Below, in pieces: positions 27,301 through 33,572 of a DNA stretch of 64,000 nt. The DNA comes from a virus (Duplodnaviria; Caudoviricetes). A program made the translations under genes and the position numbers. The notes below the pieces were generated by a model. The model had not been told where the DNA came from, made no database searches, and was given only the letters and a program-made list of their open reading frames with translations. The DNA is taken from positions 27,623 through 91,622 of IMG/VR virus record IMGVR_UViG_3300028580_000125; one strand, given 5' to 3'. Each line of letters opens with the position of its first letter. Position 1 is the stretch's first letter.

Positions 27301-29276
27301 CCATGATCGCTGCTGAGCAAAAAGAAAACTACCCTGGCGCAAGCTGGACGGATGGAAAGAATGACCGTCTGCCAGATGAAATTCTTGGCGCACCGATTGA
27401 CACCGAGGCAATGGAGCAAATCATCCGTGCGGCAACATCGAAGATTGCGGACAAGGAACGTGCCGCCGAAATCAATGAACTGCTCACGTCTGGCGTTGCC
27501 GATGTGCTTAAGGCGCGTGGCTGGGGCGCGCACGGCATACAACGTAAAGGCATTCCAGGCTTTGAGCGTGAGGACATCACGCGGGTGCTCTACGACTACA
27601 AATCCGGCCTGAATGGCTGGCTTACCAAGATGGAGGCCGCAAAGGATTTCAGCGAGGCGTTGTCGGGCATTGATGCACGGCGCACTCCGAACCTTTGGAA
27701 GTACACGGCCCAATACGTCAAAGACATGCTGCGCAACTCTGATCGCGTGGACAGGATCACCGGCAATATCAAGTCTGTTGCCTTTGCCTGGTATCTTGGC
27801 GGCTCAATCAAAACTGCGTTTGTGAACGCCACCCAGAACCTTGTAGTGGGTGTGCCGCGCTTGCAGATGGATGTAACCGGCGGCGGCCGCCTCTGGCTCG
27901 ATGGTGCGCAAAAAGCAATCATTGACCGGGTGACAGGCAGCAAGGGCAAAGGCCTTTCGGACGAAGAGGCAAAGCTCGTACATGAACTTTACGGCGAGAG
28001 CGTGATCACTGACGCTTTCATGGAAGAAGTGCGCGGGCATTTGCAGGGCTTCACCGGCGCTACGCTCTGGAACAAGTTCACTAAGGCATTGGGCCTGCCC
28101 ATGAGCGAAGTTGAACGATTCAACCGGGCCAGTTTGGCCCTGGCCGCATTCCGCGCTGCGCGCAGCGGCAAGCTCAAGCAGCAGGCAAAAGAGAAGTATG
28201 GTGTCAGGGGCGAACAGGCGAATTATGACCAGGCGAAAGAATTTGCCACGGATGTAGTGCGAGATGCCCACTTTGTGTACGGCAAGTCCAACCTGCCAGA
28301 GTTCATGCGCAGCAATACTGCCGGGCGGTCAATGGCTTCGCTCTATACGTTCCGCACGTTCACACACAACATGATTTCCATGTGGGCATGGGCGCTGGAA
28401 TCGCAAGGCAAAGAAGGCGCTGCGTTTGTGGCGAAAAGCATAGGGGCCACAATGGCCCTTGGCGGCGTTACCGCCCTGCCCTTCTACGCAACCATTATGG
28501 CCTTGTGCCAGGCTGCCACCGGAGACGATGACGATTGGACAGAAAAACTCCGCTCCTGGCTGCCCAAGAACAACTTGCTGCGGGATGCTGTGTGCTACGG
28601 CACGCCAGCCATGGCCGGGGTAAACATTGGCGGCTCGCTCAAGATGGAGACGCCTATTACTGGCGGCCTTGCCAAGGGTAAGACGCCCAAAGAAATACTT
28701 ACCCAGAGCATTGGGGATATAATCGGCGTTCCATACGATTTGCTGATCGAAAAGCCCTCCAAGATGATTGAGGCTCACCGCAAGGGGAATACGTGGAGAA
28801 TGATCGAAGAGGCCATGCCGGTTGCATTCAAGAGCGGCATGCAGGCTTGGCGGCTGTACACCCATGGGCAAACAACCATGTCTGGACGGCCAATAAATGA
28901 CCCTGGAACGCCAGGTGCGCGCAAGCTTTCGTCAAGTGAGGCCATAGGCAAGGCTCTTGGATTCCAGCCAGTCAGTAGCACAAAGAGCTATGATGCGTAT
29001 GCCGCATCGCAGCATTCGAAACAGGTGCGCGACGACAAGCTTGATGACCTTACGGCCATGGCGCTGAAAACAGTCGATACTGGGGACCCGGCGGGCAGAA
29101 AGGAAATGCTCAAGGACCTCAAAAATTGGAACAGTCGCATGAAGGAAGAGGGCAAGCCCAATATGCTCATTGCACCCAAAGAAGTTATTCGCAGGGTGAA
29201 GGCACGCAGGCGCGAGAACAGGCCGACGCCAAAGAACCTGCGCGAAAAGGCACGGCTGCAGGCGTCTTGGAACTAA
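18333..29276 (+). CDS. Giant DarB-like polyvalent protein: N6-adenine MTase, SNF2 helicase, zincin-like peptidase motif, PLxRFG-like C-terminal region
   Basis: AAGGAG SD; VLEPSMGVG (~21309), NVPF (~21510), HAVGAGKT (~23330), DEAH (23841), QREGRILRQGN, HEQIVHH (~26112), YFPHHRYG (~27186). Confidence 0.85.
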   Translation: MPKQKAPRPTKTNTGDYLLDFDGTDFSQFGGQQAQQQEEEPGLMSKIGSSAQAIAEGATMLPGQIADTLRDAYHGGDVDVTDTDAIRARQAREQERADYGKKYDGKAFEGVTDAMNSMGYSMGTMGASLGAAALASPAGPIAAGAAGMAASGAMAYRATKQQFLQQMLGETEKVLGRLPTQDEWDKIATEFDGEATRYGAWEAGPEALSNLIMAKILGPLGKGLLRGSVGQGIKRIGGLYGEELATETATQMGQGQEEANVGLRDTAPGVWDAFKEIGPATFWQTTLMAGGKKGADMLANRMRARSQQVENNVDQTQQQGQGTTGLTNQAALPMAQGIFALPQGDGSIPMGSTDTGRGPIAAGVVAGQQPKPFLSDADHADTEAFVRAFEERERNRDDEEALIEYGQRQARSPAQLALDQGENVDLLSLPQGNAAMAMGTEDTGRGPIAPPTDYAGQPIATPYTPRPALPEQTSQSAGMGQWAGGRSQLAYGPKSEPQMMQGLGIMSQQGAPVQPQAMPTSAQINNTQAAPRSDTTAAANALGMPSPQAVPQEAMAPQRAQALPPIMQGIGAAPAQPTPAPQQAFTSQPQPEQNSRGPWLEVVHIGDSAPKAKPRPQQSQPAGRADDSRPIGKNSRGQQVFEDKNGVRSYADGGVRVSQSVGVIPGHGITFDGPDALYKSGKQEYLTNDEVKSLSGGTSEPESKKPSRIELIRQLPKEEQADARKLPNSKLLERVRQLSEVNTASEDQPGVVESNHAKEGEHAEANEGRTRGNEGKAEPGVRNPDEAVGNPADGSHEEVHAEPGEGMADGRRAEGARGLHSGTGSERGKHAGRYGEEADRKGDERGRSVADGARSGDAGLLATSGTRARGVKDFRISPDDHIGEGGKVAKFNDNLSAIRTLKEIEQSGRPATEDEQRTLARYVGWGGLPEVFAEGGKADPALTRRRAELRELLSPKEFEEARRSTTNAHYTSPEIIMAMWDAIKRMGFKGGKVLEPSMGVGNFIGLMPNDVYKKSHVTGIELDGITARIAKLLYPKQTILSQGFETAKLRDGSFDLAISNVPFGDYKLHDTRYAKHNLFIHDYFITRALDLVRPGGVVAFITTSGSLNSGRSMNMRQLAADKARLLGAIRLPGTSFSKNALTDVTTDILFLQRLGEGETNTSPAWKDVVDTDVVSEKTGKPLRNNEYYSAHPEMMLGQLADDKLYPGRTALKDDGRDMPAALGDALKTLPEGVFSGEGLRHEDQKATANVQMQDAKEGQLLLDGKGNIVQVSDGELKNYPADGKKAARIAGMIGVRDALRSNLRAQMNGDEDSIAHSRTALNDAYDAFVKQHGFLNDNANRLAMSEDPDFPLLQALENNYTKGKNGAPSKAEKADIFTRRTIAEPKIIEHAETPQDALHAQLADIGRVDIPGIAKMTGLSEQAVIDDLHGTIFQNPKGTRWETADDYLSGNVRKKLAEAKKAAEKDVKFKENVKALEAVQPQDVPPQDIRVDLGAGWVPSARVEEFAAKVLGISPSDVSARYSKELAQWSLNVKKSGLSNEYGTPERSALELLNDSLNLKQAKIQIDTPEGVIVNKEATIAAREAQRKLHEEFSRWILEDEKRAAELARIYNDTYNAMRLYEADGSHLVLPGIADTIEGKPFALRPHQKSAVWRIIQKGNTLVAHAVGAGKTYEMIAAGMEMKRLGMINKPLYVVPNHMLEQWSREFLQAYPAANILVASKADLQKEKRRKFVSRIATGNWDAVVMTHSSFGRIPISVERKEKHIRDQIEQYESALRAENEEKKAGRGRSENRLVKQLEKQKMRLEEKLRTLLEDGKNAKDNQVNFEELGVDFMFVDEAHNFKNLSYVTRMQRIAGLPNSHSQRAEDMLLKTQYLDELHPGRSLVFATGTPISNTVAEMYTMTRYVAPHLLRESGLEMCDSWARQFGRTVTGMEISPDGRNFRENTRFSRFTNVPELLTMFRSFADVKTKEDLDLPLPDLKGGKPEVVSVKPSESLTNYVDELVARAEKIRGGSVDPRKDNMLKVTSEGRLAALDMRLIDDTLPADPNGKVARATDNIYDIWKSTSKDRLAQMVFCDLSVPSKQRAKGLKEAENQDQDGEAAKPEASPDDLLAAASRGSFSVYDEIKNNLVDMGVPADEIAFIHDFNGDKAKAQLFKDVRAGKVRVLLGSTAKMGEGTNVQERLVALHHLDAPWKPSAVEQREGRILRQGNKNKEVQIYTYVTENSFDAYMWQLLESKARFVATSMRSGVTERDMDDISVTELSAAEAKAAATGDKRILEKVGLDNTISRLTVLKREFDRNQWAKGREVAESKSRLATLTDILAAEKKDLSLAATLTGKNFALTLRGKEYTKSTDAAAAIISIVSDKSIPSGAVIGKAGGFDITMWRKATGYEFSLSGESSFSTGDTTSSEGAVTRIVKGASPENSASRIAATEEAIAKTNRRLDGATKWLTNNKSFDRQEELETALARSQELDDELGLSASKDASVISNEADSDNDLMASKVNPGEYLPPVDGKKGMRLEDVQTVADKIGKLAKNAAASRVVQGFDELPYSIRERYSDAKNSVEGVFDPRSGVVWMVADNLSDPTRAAEVWAHEQIVHHGLRGLLPADARRRVLNQLWLGAGGMKNGMVKDIASRYGLAPTRSLQDRQTVMEEVIAALAEKKGQGLLERAEGNLWRRVVSALYRAWNSLVRAVSGREGAMNMDNIDALLSALGRHVIDGESSGITQKAGPFEQAVAPASMSTEGDGGVELASLSPKDILGLTGIKAAKIADAPEIHHMFKKDDLSLMQSIFNLPHWIAKKAPAFAKVYERQLQRLDDRSSALKESLETAPSIFGKDRLKPADMDSLKKLLWEHEGRDAWQIDASGVDKFVTKETLANGRELISVNPEFYREYKKWLGGLEGTKAAKDAMLEIRKSLDEDLVRAHNRMAAMSEMSDDAIREFRQSIGHVPNYFPHHRYGNYFIQAKIGDEVVFRQHFDALNTQAAKQRAAMIAAEQKENYPGASWTDGKNDRLPDEILGAPIDTEAMEQIIRAATSKIADKERAAEINELLTSGVADVLKARGWGAHGIQRKGIPGFEREDITRVLYDYKSGLNGWLTKMEAAKDFSEALSGIDARRTPNLWKYTAQYVKDMLRNSDRVDRITGNIKSVAFAWYLGGSIKTAFVNATQNLVVGVPRLQMDVTGGGRLWLDGAQKAIIDRVTGSKGKGLSDEEAKLVHELYGESVITDAFMEEVRGHLQGFTGATLWNKFTKALGLPMSEVERFNRASLALAAFRAARSGKLKQQAKEKYGVRGEQANYDQAKEFATDVVRDAHFVYGKSNLPEFMRSNTAGRSMASLYTFRTFTHNMISMWAWALESQGKEGAAFVAKSIGATMALGGVTALPFYATIMALCQAATGDDDDWTEKLRSWLPKNNLLRDAVCYGTPAMAGVNIGGSLKMETPITGGLAKGKTPKEILTQSIGDIIGVPYDLLIEKPSKMIEAHRKGNTWRMIEEAMPVAFKSGMQAWRLYTHGQTTMSGRPINDPGTPGARKLSSSEAIGKALGFQPVSSTKSYDAYAASQHSKQVRDDKLDDLTAMALKTVDTGDPAGRKEMLKDLKNWNSRMKEEGKPNMLIAPKEVIRRVKARRRENRPTPKNLREKARLQASWN
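20617..20946 (+). CDS. Nested (+1 frame) 109-aa helical protein, TnpV/DUF1896-like
   Basis: AAGGAGG at 20604-20610, 6 nt before ATG 20617. The product looks like a folded helical protein, while the host frame here is low-complexity G/R/E/A. Confidence 0.6.
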   Translation: MQKQTKEERAEMKEKLNQVYATLTKPLETQLMDHMKKYTPNQVKEWLTDDGPKALADFIQEQVASAESTRDDTAKKLIEKGMSEGEAWPMAREVAMQDFWPQAEPGREG

Positions 29277-29312
29277 ACGCAACATTGCCAAATTGCGAAA
29301 TCTGTCAATTTT

Positions 29313-29350
29313 GGGCCGGGGGACACAACGCCTCCGGCCTTTGCTTTTTT
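29313..29350 (+). terminator. Rho-independent terminator of the phage late operon
   Basis: gggccggggg...cctccggcct stem followed by ttgctttttt, 36 nt after the giant gene stop. Confidence 0.65.
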
Positions 29351-29375
29351 TGCCGGATCATTTAGATTTTGCTTC

Positions 29376-29654
29376 ATGGCAACAATGATTGACCCTCTCG
29401 TGAAGCTCGCAGCGCTTGGGGCATACCCCCATCTTGAGGTGAGTACAGACGGTTCAAAAAATGTCACACTGACCTTTGCGAGATCATCAACGCATAAGGC
29501 GCAACAACAGGCACAGGCGTTGCTAAAACGCTATGGAAGGTTGCTCCTCATGCAACTGGACGTAAAGCCTAGTTGCATTCCAAGGACAGTTCAGCAGTTG
29601 GTTGCCAGTGGCAAGATCAGAATAGAGAACGGAAAATTCAAGTTGGTGATTTAA
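29376..29654 (+). CDS. Hypothetical protein at the prophage end
   Basis: 92-aa ORF with plausible composition; no clear SD or recognisable family. Confidence 0.4.
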   Translation: MATMIDPLVKLAALGAYPHLEVSTDGSKNVTLTFARSSTHKAQQQAQALLKRYGRLLLMQLDVKPSCIPRTVQQLVASGKIRIENGKFKLVI

Positions 29655-29690
29655 AGCCAGACATGGACGAGGTGGGATTGATGGCGGGTT

Positions 29691-29749
29691 CCTGTACAGG
29701 TATTTTGTACAGGTTGTATGTGGCATATTGTGGGTATTTTGTACAGGTT
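29691..29749. repeat. Putative integrase arm-binding repeats
   Basis: ggtattttgtacaggtt at 29699-29715 and 29733-29749; three TGTACAGG copies; ~60 bp from the att core. Confidence 0.55.
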
Positions 29750-29806
29750 TTGGACACATTGCACGCAAAATACCACAATAAAAACAGAAGATTATGCTTA
29801 AAATAA

Positions 29807-29856
29807 CCGCCCTTACAAGGCGGGGGCCACAGGTTCAAGTCCTGTACTGCCCACCA
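29807..29856 (+). pseudogene. 3' fragment of tRNA-Val(TAC), prophage attachment-site core (attR)
   Basis: Anticodon arm ccgcc-ctTACaa-ggcgg, T arm acagg-ttcaagt-cctgt, acceptor 3' strand actgccc-a-cca; D arm and 5' acceptor strand are absent upstream. Confidence 0.9.
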
Positions 29857-29864
29857 AATAAATC

Positions 29865-29903
29865 GAAGGGTTACAGCTTTTGCTGTAACCCTTCTTTATT
29901 TTT
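29865..29903 (+). terminator. Rho-independent terminator after the tRNA 3' end
   Basis: gaagggttacagc-tttt-gctgtaacccttc 13-bp stem followed by a T-rich tract. Confidence 0.8.
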
Positions 29904-30273
29904 CCCAACACCATTCCCAACACGCGCACTAAAAAACAGAAACAACCAGTACAAGTCTCTCAGGCGAGATGCTCTTCTTTTTGGAGGAACTGAACAACTC
30001 GCAGCTGGTTCCTATCCTCACCCCCTCACCCCCTTCCACCATTTCGCTCTACTCACTTTTCGCTTGAATCATCGGTGCCACTCTAAACGCTGGCCTTCTG
30101 GAGTTGTGTAACTCTAGTGGGCCATTTTTTGTTTTTTCCAGGTATGGCTCGAGATGCCAAAACTCAAAAATATCCTAGAGCCGCGCGCCCTCGCCGTTTT
30201 TCAAAAATCGGCGTCATTGCACATGACTTAACCTCAGAGTACTCGCGAGAACTTTTTGTGGAGGAATAAGGAC

Positions 30274-30495
30274 ATGAACGAACGAAGCGCGGTGGTGAAT
30301 GAAAAGGATCAAAATCAATGGCTGACTGAAGTAGAAGTTAGCCTACTCACGAAGTTAAGTTTGTCAACGCTTAGGGCGCATAGGTTTTACCGCAAGGGTA
30401 TGCCGTACTCAAAGGTGGGAAGATCTGTGCGGTACAGCTTGGCGGATGTAGCGGCTTTCATGGAATCTCGTCGGGTAACCATTGAAAACGCGTAA
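30274..30495 (+). CDS. AlpA/excisionase-like HTH protein
   Basis: WLTEVEVS...LSLSTLRAHR...GMPYSKVGRSVRYSLADV winged-helix pattern; AAGGA SD. Confidence 0.8.
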   Translation: MNERSAVVNEKDQNQWLTEVEVSLLTKLSLSTLRAHRFYRKGMPYSKVGRSVRYSLADVAAFMESRRVTIENA

Positions 30496-30617
30496 CTGTG
30501 AGAAGCTTATGCTGCATGCAAGGGATCCACCGTTACCGACGATATAGTTCACAAATCAGAAATGAAAATGATAACTTCTAACCCTCCTAGAATCGAGAGG
30601 CATCTTTGGAAGCTGAT

Positions 30618-30848
30618 ATGTCTAATAAAATGATTACCCTACCTGCGGGCAACGCCAGTGCCACATGCGAAGTCAATGATACAAAAATGATGAACTCAGA
30701 GGTGCGTGATGCGCTTTCCAATCTTAAAGAAGAGATGCACGCTATGTTGCAGCTCCCACCGGAAGATCTGGCTAAAGTCGACCATATCGAGTGGAAGCTG
30801 GATTGGAAGCCTGTGTTGACCTCCCGCATTTACCCCAAAAAAGACTAA
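30618..30848 (+). CDS. Small hypothetical protein
   Basis: Co-oriented ORF between the HTH and helicase genes; start uncertain. Confidence 0.35.
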   Translation: MSNKMITLPAGNASATCEVNDTKMMNSEVRDALSNLKEEMHAMLQLPPEDLAKVDHIEWKLDWKPVLTSRIYPKKD

Positions 30849-30903
30849 GCCTATTACGAGGAGAAGCAGGGACTGCCTGCTTCTCCTGCTTTTGGAGGTA
30901 ACA

Positions 30904-33360
30904 ATGACTTTTGATTATCGAAAAATGGTCAAGGAAGCGACGGAAACAGGCCAACCAGTCACCAGAGTTCGCCATCTAGTTTGTCAAGGCAATACTTCTG
31001 CCCCGGTTGCAGCAAAAACTATTGATACAACGGCAAAGGTTGTGCCTTCACACGACTATTCACAAACACCTTCTCTTGATGTGCTTGACTATGCCCGGCG
31101 ACGGAAGCTGCCGCCTTCCAAGACCATGATCTTTGTTTCAGCAAGCAAAAAAAAACATCCTTTCGAGATAACCCCGGAAAAGGTGGCTGAGACCATCCAG
31201 CAAATGGATCGCTTCGGCATTCCCGCATGCATGATGGACAGCCAGCAGGCTTACTTCTATATATCGCTGGTCGGCTACGAGTTTACTTCCCTGAACGGAT
31301 GGACGAAAATTAGAATCATTCGTGCCGTTGGCGGCAATGATGCTGATGCCAGGTTTTGGCAGTCTCATTTACGCTTGGAAGATTTCTTGCCGTGGGTCGT
31401 GAAAAAGTTGAATCGTGGCCCTGTGATTTCAGCCTTGGTTCTGGGAAGACTGATGTGTTTGAAGCCGGAATTTTGTTTTAGCGCATTTCCTGAAACCACC
31501 CAGCAGAGGGCTCAGTACTCGAAGGAAGCTCAAGTTGAGGATGCAACCCCGAAGGGCATCGTTGTGGGTGCCATCAACTTCAAACGTCTACATATGGACA
31601 TTCAGCGGGATCTAGACGACTCCATAATGCAGGCGGTGTGCCATTACTCTGATGGTAAAAATGACATATTTGCTCTCGCAGTCCGCGTTACTGGCGAGCA
31701 GGGCAAAGATTCACTAAAGATCGGCATGAAATCCGCCGTTGCGCATCTGCTGTCACGCGATATGATTGTTCGCCACCCCAAAGCCCCCGTGCTCATCTGC
31801 GTGGACATCAAAGTGGCTATTTCTTTTCGGGATGCAGCGCGTGAGGGACATGTTTTTGAACGAACTGGTGTGATCGTGTCGGGCTTTGCCGGTGGAGAAG
31901 AGACCCCAAAAGGCCTTCTGCTCAGTGATGTGGCTGGGCATTCCGTAACCATCGTCTCCACTCCTGGGCAAAAAGGCTGGGATGGGGTTGACCTGCTGGT
32001 CAAACGCTGCCTTGAGAATGGTGCTACTGACGTAAATGTTTATCCATGGCCCATAATGCAAGGGGGCGTTCCGGATATTTCCTCATATAAGCCGGGAATG
32101 CAGGATAACGTGCTTGCCAAGACGACTAACCTTGACACGCTGGAATTGCCTTCACAACTGGTTGCCCGCATCAGGCGCGAGGCCATTCCGATTGAAGATA
32201 TGACATCATGGAAAAAGAACGTGCTGCTCCTTGAAAAAGCCCCTACATGCATAGAAGGAGAACAATCCTGCCAGACGGATTTTGAAATTGTCACGTTCGA
32301 GATGCTGCCTGATGTCGTTCCTAGAGAGGATGACGTCCCTGTGGCCGTGAGGCAAATGTTTACTCCGCAGTATACCACCTTGATTTGGGGGGCTTCAAAT
32401 GCGGGAAAAAGCTGGCTGGGTATTGAACTGGCAACATCTTTGACCACGGGAACACCCTACCTCTATTTTACAGCCTCTGCTCCTTGTACGCTGTGCTACC
32501 TGGATGGCGAGGTCGGCTCTGACTTTAAGCCTAGGGTAAATCAGCTTCTGCAGGGGCGTGAAGAATTTCTTCCTCTTCTGAGAAAAAACCTCTTTGTGAT
32601 TTCTGCCAAGGGTGGGCTTAATATTCTTGACGGAGAAACGCAGAAAATCCTCATAGGCAAGCTGCAAAAATCTGGAGTCAAATGCATAGTCATCGACAAT
32701 CTGCTTTCCCTCGCCCCGACAGCTTCAAAAAGTAATTCCACTCCGTTCTTTGATTTTATCCACAGGATAGAAAAGCTTGGTATTGGCGTCATTGTGCTGC
32801 ACCATGCCGGTAAAACAGGCAAAGACTTCAAGGGGCCTGTAGATCTTGCCAGCCTGTGCCAGAATGTCATTCACCTTGAAGGCCGTGATCAGCTTGAAAA
32901 GGAAATAAGTAAAGACGATGAAGGCGATGATGAACCGTTAAGTCAGGATCTGACCGAGGCCCTTGAAGGCGACGGTCCTGTGGTACGAATGACCATTGAA
33001 AAATGTAAAATTGCCCCGGAGCTTGAACGCCGGAAGATGGTGTACAAATTGCCTGTTGGCGGAATCTGGAAGTTTGTTGAAGGGGATATGCCAGTGTTAG
33101 CACTGGACGGATCGGATGAATATCCTGAGAGGATTGGGGGCAAGCAACCTGCCGTTAACGGCAACCTCACAAAAAATCAGCAGACGGTCTACGCATTTTT
33201 CCAGCATCACCCGGAAAGGGATATCATGAATAAAGATATTCAGAATCTTCTGGGTGTTAAGGAAGGTGCAAGCCGCAATGTACTAAAGGATCTGGAACGG
33301 ATGGGTTACATTGAACGCTTTGGTAAGGACAACCAGACCATCTATCGGTTGAAAAAATAG
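30904..33360 (+). CDS. AAA_25/RepA-like replicative helicase with C-terminal winged helix
   Basis: GGAGG SD; GASNAGKS Walker A, YLDGE, IVIDN, VLHHAGK; C-terminal HTH-like segment. Confidence 0.7.
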   Translation: MTFDYRKMVKEATETGQPVTRVRHLVCQGNTSAPVAAKTIDTTAKVVPSHDYSQTPSLDVLDYARRRKLPPSKTMIFVSASKKKHPFEITPEKVAETIQQMDRFGIPACMMDSQQAYFYISLVGYEFTSLNGWTKIRIIRAVGGNDADARFWQSHLRLEDFLPWVVKKLNRGPVISALVLGRLMCLKPEFCFSAFPETTQQRAQYSKEAQVEDATPKGIVVGAINFKRLHMDIQRDLDDSIMQAVCHYSDGKNDIFALAVRVTGEQGKDSLKIGMKSAVAHLLSRDMIVRHPKAPVLICVDIKVAISFRDAAREGHVFERTGVIVSGFAGGEETPKGLLLSDVAGHSVTIVSTPGQKGWDGVDLLVKRCLENGATDVNVYPWPIMQGGVPDISSYKPGMQDNVLAKTTNLDTLELPSQLVARIRREAIPIEDMTSWKKNVLLLEKAPTCIEGEQSCQTDFEIVTFEMLPDVVPREDDVPVAVRQMFTPQYTTLIWGASNAGKSWLGIELATSLTTGTPYLYFTASAPCTLCYLDGEVGSDFKPRVNQLLQGREEFLPLLRKNLFVISAKGGLNILDGETQKILIGKLQKSGVKCIVIDNLLSLAPTASKSNSTPFFDFIHRIEKLGIGVIVLHHAGKTGKDFKGPVDLASLCQNVIHLEGRDQLEKEISKDDEGDDEPLSQDLTEALEGDGPVVRMTIEKCKIAPELERRKMVYKLPVGGIWKFVEGDMPVLALDGSDEYPERIGGKQPAVNGNLTKNQQTVYAFFQHHPERDIMNKDIQNLLGVKEGASRNVLKDLERMGYIERFGKDNQTIYRLKK

Positions 33361-33413
33361 CATCCAGAGAAATTAGGGGTGCATGACTCAATGAAGGTTA
33401 GCACCATTTTTGC

Positions 33414-33442
33414 AAATCCCCGGCCTCACCGGGGATTTTTTT
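33414..33442 (+). terminator. Rho-independent terminator between convergent genes
   Basis: aaatccccgg-cctca-ccggggattt followed by tttt. Confidence 0.75.
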
Positions 33443-33572
33443 GGCGATACTATACTTGCATAGAAGGGCAAGGTATTGAAGCCTAAATGCCCAGCTTTTC
33501 AACCACATGCAATAGCCGCTTTGAAACAGGAAGCTGAGATGGACTGTTGCTTACTTGACAGGTACAATCATA

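Larger units (their letters stand above)
1..29856 (+). mobile_element. Prophage right arm (podovirus-like, N4-gp56-type capsid), integrated at tRNA-Val; left end outside the window
   Basis: Continuous + strand operon of portal, scaffold, capsid, adaptor, tail, ejection and giant polyvalent genes, ending at a 3' tRNA fragment. Confidence 0.9.

Noticed and set aside
29780-29856. Intact tRNA-Val gene
   Set aside because: The upstream sequence lacks the 5' acceptor strand (GGGCAGT expected) and a D arm; only the 3' 50 nt are present.
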